A stretch of 64,000 nucleotides of DNA from Dicyema japonicum. Taxonomy: Eukaryota > Animalia > Dicyemida. The notes under the pieces were generated by a model. The model was not told the DNA's origin. It did no database searches and saw only the letters and a list, made by a program, of their open reading frames with translations. Below, in pieces: positions 47,358 to 60,506 of the stretch (positions are counted from its first letter, which is position 1; every line of letters begins with the position of its first letter). The stretch covers positions 905,232-969,231 of the forward strand of contig RDEW01000006.1 in assembly GCA_011109175.1 (NCBI GenBank), in the 5' to 3' direction. The position numbers and the translations under genes were made by a program.

Positions 47358-47573
47358 AATAATAATAACAGCCTTTTTCACGGAGCCGTGGTATTCGCTC
47401 CGCATATGCAGGACACACACTTTATTTAAGTAAAGAACAGTTAATTTTAAGTAATCGTAGAACCAAGGAATGATCTTCACTTCTATTTTCTTTCTCTTTT
47501 TTGTGGGTCCTTTCTAGAAAATCCAGTTCCGCAGTAAGAGTCTACTGATGACGGCGTCACTCGTCAAGCCTAA
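47358..47573 (-). mobile_element. 5'-truncated SINE family 1 copy
   Basis: Family body and tail; 12-bp TSD gtaagtttgtat at 47346-47357 and 47574-47585. Confidence 0.85.
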
Positions 47574-47648
47574 GTAAGTTTGTATTATATTCGTGAATAT
47601 ATTAATATTCGAAAAATATTTAAATAAAAATAGACAGAATTAATTAAA

Positions 47649-48800
47649 ATGTCAGGCCTAATTTTCCTAGTTTGTCAGTTATTTTTTAATAATTTAATTT
47701 CATCTAATATTCATTTCAAATACGAATCAAACAATGATTCCATTAAAGTCGACGAATATTATGAAATCCAATGGAATAATTTTTTAGAAAAATATAGTTA
47801 GTTTATTTTAACTTTTTACATATAAATCATATTCAGGTGTAGAACTCCAAGTTAGAAAGGCTATTTTCACTGAAAACTTAAGATTGATTGACAAACACAA
47901 TTTACTATCAAATCAAGGAATATTTTCCTATGAACTGGGAATTAATCAGTTTGCTGACATGGTTAATTCACAATATATTTTTGTAGACAAGAAGAGAATT
48001 TATCAAACCAAACAAATTTGATTTTTATAATACTCAGAATGCATACGAAGATGAATTACTTGAAGATTATTCAACTCATGTAAATAGAAAAGGATATCAT
48101 CCATCTTTTAATATGGGTAAAACGAAATTGTGTAACCGCCATAAAAGATCAAGGAAGTAAATGTGGGTCATGTTATGCATTTGGTGCAGTAAACTACTGT
48201 TTAATTCATCTAGTTGGCTACACTGGAGTCACATTTTGCAATCAAACACAATAAACTTATATCTATGAGCGAACAAAACATGATTGATTGTGCAAACGAT
48301 GGAGGATGCGATGGAGGGTATGTAGAACATGTTTATAATTACGTACAAAAAAATGGAGGAATTAATTCTGTAAAACGATATCCATATAAAGGAAAAGTAC
48401 TTTTTTTAATAATCGTATAGAAGGGTAATTGCAAATATGATGGTCAGCCAGATATTAAATTTAACTTTCCTAGTTATAAAAAAATTAAAAATGGTGACGA
48501 AAAAATGCTTATGTATGTTCTCGTAAAATTTGGTCCTGTTGCTGTTATTGTTGATTTAAACTTTATACTCTAGGTAAATATAAATTAAAATTTTTAGGAG
48601 TATATCATATTAAAAATTGTTTAGATTTAAAATATGAGCATAGAGTTCTGTTGTCGGTTATGGGGTTTCTAAAGGAGAAAAGTATTGGCTCTTGAAAAAT
48701 GGATGGGGCCAATCATGGGGTATACACGGATACATGAAAATGGCGGGAGATGAATAACTGTCATTTTCCACGAGATCCTATTTATCCCATAATCGAATAA
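47649..48800 (+). CDS. CTSL: Cathepsin L-like papain-family protease with apparent frameshifts (errors or pseudogene)
   Basis: Signal peptide, I29 prodomain [70 protein letters not shown]; several introns of about 24-25 nt. Confidence 0.82.
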
Positions 48801-49839
48801 ATTAATCGTTTAATTTGATAAATTTGGTTTTATGGTATGTTAGCTATTATTCGGTTCATAAAATTCACTGTCAATCATCGTCAAAAATAATATATTACAT
48901 CAAAGTTAACTAAGACCAATTATTAACAATTAAAAAGTGATAATTAACTATTATGTCAAGTTGTCTTGAATTTTTTCAGTCGTCGTGAATGAACTTTCTT
49001 AATAGACCCAGCACTATTTTTGACTTTGACAAAATTATTAGACAATTTCTCGACAATAGTTACTATACGGATGTTCAAATTTTTTTCATCGACTAAAAGG
49101 ATTCGTCCCATAATCTTTTTGAATACGAACATTTAAGCAATTAAAAAAATACAATATCTCCACCATCTAACTCATATTTTGATCGATGGACTCCATCTTC
49201 CTATTCATTCTTCTATGATATGAAGACTGCAAATTCACCCCTTCAAAGTTAAATTGGTACTCATCATCTTTACTAATAAATAACAATAAAAAATTTTTAT
49301 TATAAATGTCGGGATTTTCTACAACTTTTAATTCTTCCATATTAAAACTTTTTGGATTTTCCTGGACATGATTCCACAACAGTGTTGAATTGAGGAATAC
49401 TACAATTCTTTTTGGAATCAGTCAGAGACAACTAGCTCAGAAATGACATGTAATAAATATTATTTTCCACATTAGGTATACGATGAGTATGGAAGCAAAG
49501 TATAGGAATTACCCGTTAGGGGGCAAATTCCGGAACGTGCTTACATACGACCCCATACCTGTTAAGGAGCGAATTCCGGAACATTTTTAATTAAAATTAA
49601 ATAAAAGCTTTCAGTTTATCATAAGGAAGTTTTCAGCCTTCTATACTTCCGAGCAGCTGATACATTCAAATCTTATCCCTCCAGGATCCAGTTTATAATG
49701 TTGTACTCTTCAGTATTTTTTGGTAACTTTATTAGGCATAAGGACAACGTGATTAGCGAGTTAGTTTTTTGATTTTATTGTCTAAAATTATGGTATGCCA
49801 ACAAAAATTATTGTAAATCTTTTATAAAATACTTTTAAT

Positions 49840-50450
49840 AATAATAACACCAGAGACCACGGTTACACAAACTAACTAATCAAGTGATCCTAGCACGCTC
49901 TAGCAGGGAACTCACCTTGGCCCGAAGCTCCTCCCTCGTTCCCACACAAACACGTATCGGTCGAGTGACTGGACCTTCGCAGTCATGACAGCGTGTTCTG
50001 TGGTTCATTCTTATCAAGGCTTCAAGAGGCATTGGTGGTGGAGTTCTCCAGAGATCCGCGTTCCGTGATTTTGGAGGCTCTTCTCCGGCTAGCCTCGATT
50101 TTCAAGACATTCGTCCAAGAGATGAGTGGACTCCATATACCACATGCATAAGAGATACATGGTTCAATGAATTGTTTATATACAGTACTCAAAACAGAAT
50201 GCTTTCCGATCTCCCATAAGCCTTTGAGGCATTTCAGAACATTAATTTTCTTTTCGCATTTCGTAATTACGTTTTCAGTATGGGGAGAGAATGACGTATG
50301 CATGTCAAAAGTCACCCAAGGATCCTTTGGGATTTTCTGAAACGAATAGCTTCATTGTTTGCCTTCAGTTCGACCGTCCGTCTTCCCAGTCTCTTGTATG
50401 TAGTAAATAGGGTTGTGATGGACTTTTCGCTGCTAGTAGTTAGGCGATTG
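49840..50450 (-). mobile_element. Jockey/I-like LINE 3' fragment
   Basis: LSTVYKQFIEPCISYACGIW; 3' end GGATCAC...GTGGTCTCTGGTGTTATTATT. Confidence 0.65.
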
Positions 50451-51207
50451 TTCCTTCCTTGGATTAATTAGCTGTAAATGTTTGTGTTGAGATTAGTAAG
50501 GACCTTCGCAAACGGTACTGCCTATTTGAACGGGCAATTCTGAGGAGGAATAGCAACGCAGTTACACTGCTGCTTTCTAATTCTAATTTTTGATCAATAA
50601 AGTTTTTCAATTCAATTTATAATTACTTTAATCCTCGGATTCATATTTTCACACGTTCTGGTGATCGCGAACACCATTGGGTATTTGATCGTAATTTTGA
50701 AAGGGAATAGTCATACAATCAGTTATTAATTCTTAATTTGCTCTGTTCAATTGATTTAATTCTTATTAAGGATTTCTCCAAACATGTCTTCTATATATTG
50801 AAGAAAATTTTGTCATTATAAGTGGTTTTACAAAAATCTGTTTTAAATCCATTATATACGGATCCACTTCCGAGTTCTACACAGAGCCAAGTATACTTGT
50901 CGGTCTCTGCCTGCCTGTGACGTTCTTGTTGCCACCGGTTTTTTTCACTCGAAGGGGTAAATGAAAGTCCGGTATTATTTAAGTGTTTAGTGTGTAAAAA
51001 GTGAACTCCAATAAAAAATGTCACAGTCCATACATGCGAGACTCCGTACATGCGAGATTCATCACAAAATACAAAAAAAATTTTCTTAGTAAAACTTTTA
51101 TTGGAAAAAATTATTAATAATATTAAAATTACATATAGTACACATTTTTATTAAAATCCTTGAATAATTTAGGAGAAGAAAAAAACGAAAAATTGCTCTT
51201 AAAAAAT

Positions 51208-51534
51208 ATAATAATAATAATATAAGCCTTTCACGAGAGCCATAGTATTTATAGCTCCGCATAGGCAGGACACACAACTTTATTTAAGTAAATAACAGTT
51301 AATTTTAACTAATCGTAGAACCAAGGAATGATCTTCACTTCTTTTTTTCTTTTTCTTGTGTGAGTGTCCTTTCTAGACAATCCAGTTCCGCAGTGAGTAT
51401 CCACTGATGACGGCGTCACTCGTCAAATTCTTTCTGCATCGTAGATGCGTGAACCTTCCACCAAGTGAACAGCAGCGAGATTGAATCCGTAGCCTAGCCA
51501 CTAAGCCCGACACCTAACCACTATGCAACCCGGC
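51208..51534 (-). mobile_element. tRNA-derived SINE family 1, full length
   Basis: Head GCCGGGTTGCATAGTGGTTAGG, family body, (TTA)n tail. Confidence 0.85.
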
Positions 51535-51559
51535 TATAATAAAAAATATAATAAAGTCA

Positions 51560-52050
51560 GGTGAAAAAATGAAAAAAACGCCCAAGATGGAAATTCGATG
51601 AACTAATGTTTTTGCAAAACCACATAACTTGCTGGATTGAGATCCGAAAACAGGAAGCGTAGATAAATTCCAATTAATGATCTAAATAACTTCAGAAAAC
51701 ACGTGCGAAACACAACGGAGTCAAATCAGGTTAGCACGTGACTTACTGTACAGTTTGAGTGGAATTCTCAAAGTTAGTCGTCGTCAACTAATTGCATAAG
51801 CACTGTGCGCTTTATTACGGAAGTTCTCAGATCTCCAAAGGTTAGCAGTTTTATTTTTGTCCTCGGTGGGTCATCGTTGAGGACAGATTTTTTCTGTGTT
51901 TGTCCTTCAATCGAACAATAAAATATTACTCCCAATTCAGTCGAAATGTGAAAATAAGTAAAAACTGGTTTTGTTAGCCTTGACTTAAATTTAACCTCAG
52001 ATTGCATATTTTTGGAGCAAACTGTCTAAAATATTGAAAATTAATGTACC
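51560..52050 (-). mobile_element. Tigger-like transposase remnant
   Basis: Degenerate RLTL..KLY.KSRAN and LPVF motifs. Confidence 0.35.
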
Positions 52051-54027
52051 CAATCTAGTTTGGCTTTCCACAAGAATGAATTTCTTCGAAATGCATGACG
52101 TTTTTGTGACGACATAGCATCAAATAGAAAAAATTAGTTAGGCTGGCCTGTCAAACCTGAGAGAACTAATAATTCATCAAGCGGATTGCTAAGTTCTTCT
52201 ATATTTTGTACCGGACGAAATTTGAATCCAAATTAGTGGTGTCTCATTCGCTCCCTCGTTCCGTAAGATCGGATATACATTGTATTCCGAGTCAATCATT
52301 TTGTCCATCTCACAAGAGGAGGGGGAAGAAAACTCGAAGATAAAAGAGTTTCGTGCAATAGAGGTCCATCACCACCATCAATATTCTGACTGTCTAATTT
52401 CTAATATGTGCTGCAGACGTTTTTTATAACAAAATATCATTTTCTCTCACCACTCTATTAGAGGAGTTCGCACAGGAACAAGTCCTCCATTCTTTATTAG
52501 CATTTTTGTCGGTTCTGATGGACTCATTTTTTCAAAATGATTTCAACAACTTCTTGTAAAAGAATGGAATAAGTAATTCCTATCAGAACATCAATGTGAG
52601 TACGGACTAAGTTACCCCTATGATTGCGAACCCATTGTTCTGAAAACCATCGTACCGCACTAGCCTCTCCCTTCCATGATCTCGCAAGATGTCTGATCAT
52701 TTCGAAAAGAATAATCAGTCGGTATTTTGCCTTTTTATTCTTCAGAGACCTACCAGCCGATTCTGGGCTCATCGAGGATCTCAGAGATTGATGTTGGAGA
52801 AATTGCCCTTGCATTATCTGTAGATGCGGTTTTATTAAATATTTTAAGTTAAGCCACATTATTCAGAATTTGTTTCCGTCACCGTGGTTTCCTCCAAATG
52901 TCTGTAACATATGGGAGCTGTAACTGCAATATATAATAGTCTTCTTAGAAAATGAATAATGTTCAATGTGTGAATGAACCCCCAGTCCTTTCAAGCGAAG
53001 TAAATTAGTGGTTAACAAAAAAGTAACAGCTAATGAAGGGTCATCTTATAAATAGAGTAGTATTCACTTTGTGATTGAACCACTAAAAATATGAAATTAA
53101 GAGTTGGTCAGTCTTTTTAAAAACTGAACGACACCCGTGAATAGTCCTGTTTGAAATTGACTTGTATCCACTTTTGCCTCTGGAAGCAGTTTCGATAGGA
53201 CGGACGCTAATCTACCCTTCTAAGAGCAATCACCAAATACACCAAAAACCAGTCAAGATATGAGATAAATTTAGAGAGCTAGCCAAGATATTCGTCAAAT
53301 TCGAATAAGACCTCCCCGTGAACATTCTTTCCTTTAACACGGTGATCCCGGGTGTAATAACACGGTGATCCCGCCTCTTAAAACAAAATGTCGATTTTGT
53401 AATTGCTTATAAATTTTTGAATTATGATTTAATCTCGAAATCAATTAAGTTACATTTTCTTAAGAAAAACTATTAACTTAGAATTTATCGATCCCATTCG
53501 CTAAAATCAGGTAACGGTTAATTGGTCATACGTAATTCTAATGTACTATAGCTCTAGTACACTTAATTTCCTCAATATGGATGTAACCTCTATTTTTACC
53601 TTGGACACATGAGACATAGAACGAGTAAACATTCGCATACAAAAAGTATCTGATCTACCGATATTTTAATTTATTTTTTTATTTTAAACTAATAATCACC
53701 ATCAAATTAAAGGGAAAACGTGACCGTCAGGTGATCAAGGCCTACTAGCAACCATCTCACCTTCGCCCCGAGATCCGACGCACTTCCTGCATGCATGTGT
53801 TACTTTTGGGAATTTTGGAGGTGTCAATAGGGATCCCGTTCTCCTCATAAGTGCCTCTAAAGGAGTTGATCTTAGTGGAGAGGTGGAGAACCTTTGTAGA
53901 GTCCTAATGACTGTTGCTTGAAAGGCAGTGACTTTTTTTAGATCAGTTAGTTATAAAAAATAATATTAAAGTTATTTTTTGAATTATTTATTTAAAATAA
54001 TAAAATTTAATAAATATAGCAACGATA

Positions 54028-54483
54028 ATGACCTCAGATCCTTTTCTCGTTTTGGGTGTTTCTGAGAATGCCAGTGATGAGGAAATAAAGAAGGCCCACA
54101 GAAAATTAGTGAAAAAGTACCATCCTGATCACAACAAGGCGAAAGATGCTACAGAAATAACTAAAAAGATAAACAAAGCTTACGAAGAAATAAAGGATAT
54201 GGAATCGAGAAATAAACACAGGAGGAAAGAAAACACTCATAAAAAAGATGCCAATTATTATGACAATGAGAACTTTAATTTTGAAAACTTTTATAAGAAA
54301 AACAGGAATTACAAATCTGGGCGATTTTCCGAATATTTTGAGGGTTTTTTCAAAACAAGTCTTTTTGACGTTTTCGATACTGATGATTTGCCACCATTCA
54401 CCTCATTCTACGACAGTTCTGCTGATAAAGTCTTCAACAGCTTTTTCAGCAGGCCAATTCAAAAACTCAAGAATAATTATTAA
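54028..54483 (+). CDS. J-domain (DnaJ class C-like) protein, 151 aa, single exon
   Basis: [33 protein letters not shown]...[10 protein letters not shown] with intact HPD motif. Confidence 0.85.
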   Translation: MTSDPFLVLGVSENASDEEIKKAHRKLVKKYHPDHNKAKDATEITKKINKAYEEIKDMESRNKHRRKENTHKKDANYYDNENFNFENFYKKNRNYKSGRFSEYFEGFFKTSLFDVFDTDDLPPFTSFYDSSADKVFNSFFSRPIQKLKNNY

Positions 54484-54509
54484 TTTTACTAACAATTAAT
54501 TTTGATTAT

Positions 54510-54800
54510 AATTATTTTTAATAAACAACAATTTGATTTCCTGTTAATTTTTTGATGAATAATTTAATAAATTGTAGTTCAAACACTTTATTGCTGATTC
54601 CTTTTACATTTAATTTTAGAATAATCAATGTAGAGTCGGTACCCGTATTAGGTTCTACATCACCAGCTAGAAGTTGCAAAGAGAAAACGGGGGAAATTGT
54701 AGGCCATCCTTCTGAAGGTAATAGACGGGTAGGGGATGTCGAACGGTTTTTTTTCATGCAGAACTTGCATTGAATGCCACCGAAACAACAGGTGAATCGC
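54510..54800 (-). mobile_element. LINE 5' fragment: decayed 2A-like motif and start of APE
   Basis: LQLLAGDVEPNTGT followed by LIILKLNVKGISNKVFEL. Confidence 0.6.
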
Positions 54801-55019
54801 ATGACGCCACGTTTTAAGTCTTTCTTATGAAGAACTCTAGTCACCTGGAGGAAGTGCAACCAGGTATGGAGAAAGCTAAAGGCAAAAATAGTCGAACATG
54901 GCACAAACGGAACCATAAACACTATTTACTGGTAACGAGGACGTTCACTTACTAATTTAACTAATAAATAAATTATGTTAAGACTTCTGCAATCAAATGC
55001 TCTATTATATTTCTCCATT

Positions 55020-56330
55020 GTGACCACTACCGAACGAAATTGCCTCTCTAACTCTTGCAGAGGAATCCGATTGGAGATGGGAAAACCTAATTATTCGACG
55101 TTATTTTTGTCTTTTTTCCGTGTGATCCCCGAGTTATAAATCAGCAAGCCTCTTCCGCATATTCCACAGCCGTTGATATGGTCTGTCGGTAAAGTTTTGG
55201 GATGGGTTCGTCCATATTGCGTTGAGTTCTCTCAACGAGTGGACTTAAACATTTAGTTTCCGTAGGACCTTTGTGATGGTTTACTTGGCATGAGTCGTTA
55301 GCTTCTTCAATCTGTCGTCCTTCACTCAGAGAATCGTAAGAGCTCATTGCTGATACGCACAATAGGCTAATGAAGATTCTGTATTTTTCTTTACATCTCA
55401 GGTTCTAAGTGATTAGTTCCATGTTGATATTGTTGCCGATACTGAAAGGCGGTTGGCTGTACCACATACTATTCGGCTTTAGTTGAGCCTTGGAAGTTGA
55501 CGATAAGATAATCTGATATTGTAGTTTACAGGCCAATTAACGATATGTGTGAACTAAGGGACCATATGGTGGCTCATACGTTTCAAGTGAATTGAAGAAT
55601 TTGTCTGAACCGTAAGCCTGTGAGCTCTTAAAAATAACTTATGTTTGTCTGAGAATATTTCCTGATACGAACCTCTTTACGGTATATGGAAATAAACTTT
55701 GATGCCCAGGTCTCTCAGAAATTCTTGAAGATGAGTAGGTTGGGATATTCTGAAGATCCAACCTGTCTCATTTGCATCCTCTATCTCCAAATTTACTCGT
55801 TTAGTGTTTTTCGTGAATTTGGACAGGAACTTTCCTTATTGAGGCGACTGACCAGATACTGTTATCTCGGCTTTTGTTAAGCTTCTGATGTTTGCCAGAG
55901 ATCCGGTCGGGATGGTGGCACATTTTCGAATGCTTCCTTCGTCTCATGAAGTCGGGTGTATGTGCCTGAGGTTGCAGTGATGATTTCCTTATCTATGGAG
56001 TGTGATGATGACAAGAATCCAATCCAAATTCCATTCAAAGCCGAAGCCAAACCAGTCTACTTATCCGTAATTCATGGGTCTGTTGACTTCTGATAGCATG
56101 TGTGGCCACGTGGAAACACTCTTATGCTTAGAATGATAGGGTCCCGTTCACTTTATATAATAAGTCCAGCTAACAAAGGAGACCATATGGGTAGATCGGA
56201 AGATGTGAAGACGCCGTTCTTCTTAATGGGGTTCTTGTATAGCATTTGAGGTCATTGAAGAAAACAAGATCATCGAGAGTATTTGGGATAGGTTACTTTA
56301 TTTGTCAGGTGTGAGGTTAGCCAAAGTGGA
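55020..56330 (-). mobile_element. Degenerate RTE-like LINE
   Basis: Endonuclease-linker and post-RT similarity to 62030-63990; many stops. Confidence 0.5.
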
Positions 56331-57234
56331 TGTCTGAGGTAGCCTTTATTTATTAAACCGTAACTAAAAATAACGGACGTTCTCAGAGATCCAAAGGGTT
56401 GACTCCGTGTGCGAAAGACACTGAAACGGGTCTAGAAATGAGAAAAGGTGATCAGTCTCGTGGTCATTTAGTGTACATGAAGGGCAGAGTGGAGGAATTA
56501 TAATTTAGGGAGTACAGAGAAAAGTAAATTCATAGTACTTTTGATGATTTATAATGTTTTGGGTCAACCATTCGTATAACAGTGAAAACAACAAACATAA
56601 CAGTGAAAACAACAAAGGGAAACTTAAGACAAACATTGAACTGTTTGTACTCCAGGGTAAAAAGGGAATAAATGATTTTGCTAAGAATTAGTCAACCAAC
56701 TAGGATTTATTCATTCACTCATAATCTTTATTTATAAGATTGAATGTCGATAAAAAGCCTAGATTAAGAATTCCCCAGAAAGAGCAAGGGATTTATTGGA
56801 ATTGCTTAACGCAAACATGAAGGCAGCCAGAAGGCCACCTGGTTAAAGAGGGCACATGGAGACTTTGGCCGTCATATACAAGAAAACATCTGCTCGTAAC
56901 TACGAGATGGGGACTCACACAAATTCGGCCTCCTACCGTTTAGTGATGTTATATTATTATTAATCCAGGATACAACGAGGAAGTTAACAGTAAACGACTA
57001 AATAAGTGTATCCAGTTTCCACTGTCACAGAAACATAGTCCATCAACGTCACACAAATCCGTCCGGAACCCACATAAAAAATAAAAGACGTCCATTCCTT
57101 GCATTTATGGAAACCCCTCAAGTGGAGAGGAGGAAAGAAAATGATCTTTTTTTTGTGTCAGCTTGGCAGTGGGCGCCACCTTGTTAGGTGGATCACATGA
57201 CGCCACTCTAGTGATTTTTTATTTTATTTTTTAT

Positions 57235-57790
57235 TTAACACCCAAGACCACGGTAAAACCAAAACTAACTATCACGTGATCCCGATGCGTTCCGCCAAAA
57301 TCCTCATTCTTTCCCGGTACTCCTCCCTCGTACTCACACAAGCTCGTACTGGGCGGCTGACTGTATTTGCAGGGCCACCTTCCCGCATGCCGGAGTGACT
57401 CCCAGAATTTTCTGATGTTTGCTCAAATAGGTTTCGGTATTATCACATTAGCTCCACCGTCTTTCATAGTCTTTTATCGAAAGTGAATAATGTGGTGACT
57501 GATTTCTCCAGGCTAATTCATAAGTGGTTATTCTATAACCAAACGTTAAGACGACCCAGGCGTTAATACAATCTTTATGTTGCAACGTGAATATCTTTAT
57601 CATGTGAAGCCAAAAGAATGTCATCTTCATAAGTCAGTAGGATGTCGTTCTCGTTTCTTGGAATGGGACGATCGGCCGTAAATAGGTTGAACAGTAAAGG
57701 GGAGAGGGGTGATCCTTGGGTGACGCCATTCGGTAGAAGTAGAGATGTTGTCCCTTACAACCAACATCAGAGGTCCTCTAGAGCCTGTTC
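57235..57790 (-). mobile_element. Jockey/I-like LINE 3' part, same family as 43000-43445
   Basis: NGVTQGSPLSPLLFNLF, TYEDDILL; 3' UTR near-identical to 43280-43445. Confidence 0.75.
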
Positions 57791-57794
57791 TACG

Positions 57795-59640
57795 GCTGAG
57801 GTCAAAACGGGCAGTGGCTGTGATGAATAGATGGAGTATTTATCTGAACTATAATAGGCACCGGATAGGCGAGGTAAAACTCAAGAAGGGGATCCTTCAG
57901 AGGGATAGCATGTCTCCGCTGCTTTTTGTTCTCTGTGTGGAGCCATTGAGTCGCCGCCTCAATGACCGGTTTGAGCAAATACCAGTTCATTGTGAGGGGG
58001 TTTGTTTCAGTACAAATCACATTCTTTTTATCGATGACCTGAAGATGTATGCTCGAACAGCCGAAGAGCTCTACTCCATGGGGGTCTGTGCCAGGGAATT
58101 TTTGAGAGTATAGGAGTAGATTTGAATTATTCAAAGTCTGCGACTAACACGAAAGTATGTGCTAGCTAGTAAGATTACTAGAGGAACACGAAGGATATAA
58201 GTATCTTGGTGTTACCGAATCTCCAAAGTCCCTTATAATGCCTGAGACAAAGCGACAAATTACTGAAGGCATCCGTAAAAGAGCAGCGTTATTGTGTAAT
58301 ACGTCTCTAAATGCAATGAATTTGTTCCTAGCATTAAATAAGTATGCTGTCTCGCTGCTTAACTACTACATAGGTGTTGTGGAGTTTGAGCACAAAGAGT
58401 ATGATGTGATAGATGTTATGATCCGTAGAATACTCAGAAAGAACCATGTCCATGTGCTGGCAGCCAATAAGGAGAGACTATATTTACCCCGTGATAAATT
58501 CGGCCATGAACTGTGTGAAGTAGTCCAACTAAGTGAGCGTATCCTAATGCGAATGCTTGATACCCTGATAGCTGGGTCAAGTCTGTCTGCTAGGAAGTAA
58601 TAACGACCGAGAAAACACGGGTAACCCACCTAGGCACTATCAGACCTTTTTTGTCTGCTAAGTATGGTGTTGATGATGGTGGGCTAGTAAATGTGAAGGC
58701 GTCGATCGAATTACAATATAATAATTTGATAGAAAAGATCAACTTAAAAAGCCTTCATAAGGTCCTCTTAGAGCATTGGACAACCCACATGTCGACCTTA
58801 AGTCGTCGACAATATGGCTATAATACGGTGACAACTCACCTTGATCGAAGGCTTGTAAACGTATATGCAAGACGGCATTATTTTTTGGGGTCGATCAACA
58901 AATACATGTCCCCACTGTAAGTCAAGGAGCATGTCGGTTGATCATTTAGCCACTCGATGTGGGTCCATGCTCTACTACGACTATGTGTGGAGGCATAACG
59001 AGGTAGTAAGGAGTCTTCATCTTCTACTATGCAATAAGTATGGTATTCGCCACACCAGAAAGTTGCGGACTCATAAGGTGCAATCTGTAGTAGAGAACAC
59101 CAGGGTCCAAATTAAGGTAGACAGTGTTATCCGTACCTCGGTGCTAGTCAAGCACAATAAACCGGACATTGTGGTACACGATAAGGAGTCTGGCCAAGTC
59201 CTTATCATAGAAGTTGGCATCACGTCTCAAGACCGTTTGCAGACTGTAGAGGTGGAGAAAAAAAGGAAGTATGACTTTTTTGCAATCGAGATGGGACAGA
59301 TGTTTGGTTGCAAGGTCCTCGTTATTCCTATAGTAATGAAGTGAGAAGGATTTGCAACAAAGTACCACAAGGGTTATCTGAAGCAGTTGCGGGTAGATAG
59401 GAAGCTCCAGACCTATCTACAGTCCACTGTGTTAAAGCGGACCCTAGAGAGCCTGACACTGGAGTACAGGAGGCAGAGCCCTGAGATGTCATATGGGCAG
59501 AAAGTTCAATTGGACAAGGCGTTCTCGTAGTTGTTTCAGCAACCAGAATCGAACCTGCCTGAGGAGGCTGGCGAATAGGCAGGCTAGGAAGGTTGTTTAT
59601 TATTAAAACACCCCACTTTATTTAACAAACAATAAAAAGT
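57795..59640 (+). mobile_element. R4/NeSL-like RLE retrotransposon, 3' half
   Basis: LQRDSMSPLLFVLCVEPL, FIDDLK, YKYLG, RLYLPR, CPHCKSRSMSVDHLATRC, HNKPDIVV, IIEVGITS, EKKRKYD. Confidence 0.87.
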
Positions 59641-59648
59641 TAATATAT

Positions 59649-60480
59649 TTAATCAACAAACCGGTCATTGAGGCGGCGACTCAATGGCTCCAAACAGAGA
59701 ACAAAGAGTAGCGGAGACATGCTATCTCCCTGAAGGATCCCCCTCTTGAGTTTTACCTCGCCTATCCGGTGCCTATTATAGTTCAGATGAAAACTCCACC
59801 TATTCATCACAGCCACTACAAAGCTGATGAACCACACAGGCATACACAGACTGTGTAGGCACTCGACAAGGTAAGAATGATCAACTGAATCGTAAGCCTT
59901 CTTCACATCCACCCACATAGACAAAAGTGAGTTTCCGTGAGACACAGAAAGGCATTTGTTGATCAAAGCCTGCTCTTTTGCCCCCTGACAATTTCGCACA
60001 GTACCCAACTGATTCTCGGAGAGAATCCCATTTGCTTCTACAAAGCTCCTGACCTCATTAGCCACCAATTTGGTCATCAGTTTATACAGGGTTGGCATGC
60101 AGGTTATCGGTCGATAATCTGCAGCAGACTGGGGGTTGTCCAGCTTTGGGATCAAATAAGTTGTCCCTGTGCATGCCCAATCAGGAATCGTTTCCGGGTT
60201 AGTGATGCTTTTCTGTAATACACGACACATAGACTCGTGTAATGAAGTGCATCTTTTGATAAAGAAATTATAAACTTTATCGACCCCGGTCGTTTTCCAA
60301 TCAGGGAGATGTCTCACTACCGCCTCAAATTTCTTGCGAAAATCGAAAATTCCGCAAGATTCCGCCAAGAAAGGAGCGGCGCTGTACGGGACATTCCACG
60401 CATTTCCTCTGCGTGGTTTAGCCTCCCACATACTACCCCATGTGGAAAGCATTTCCTCGTCCTGCTGGGAACATACCTAT
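59649..60480 (-). mobile_element. R4/NeSL-like RT 5' part, inverted relative to the neighbouring copy
   Basis: Uninterrupted 267-aa frame: WKTTGVDKVYNFFIK, YRPITCMPTLYK, WVDVKKAYDSVDH, ILQGDSMSPLLF. Confidence 0.88.
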
Positions 60481-60506
60481 GGCCATTTTCGTACCATAGG
60501 ACTCGT

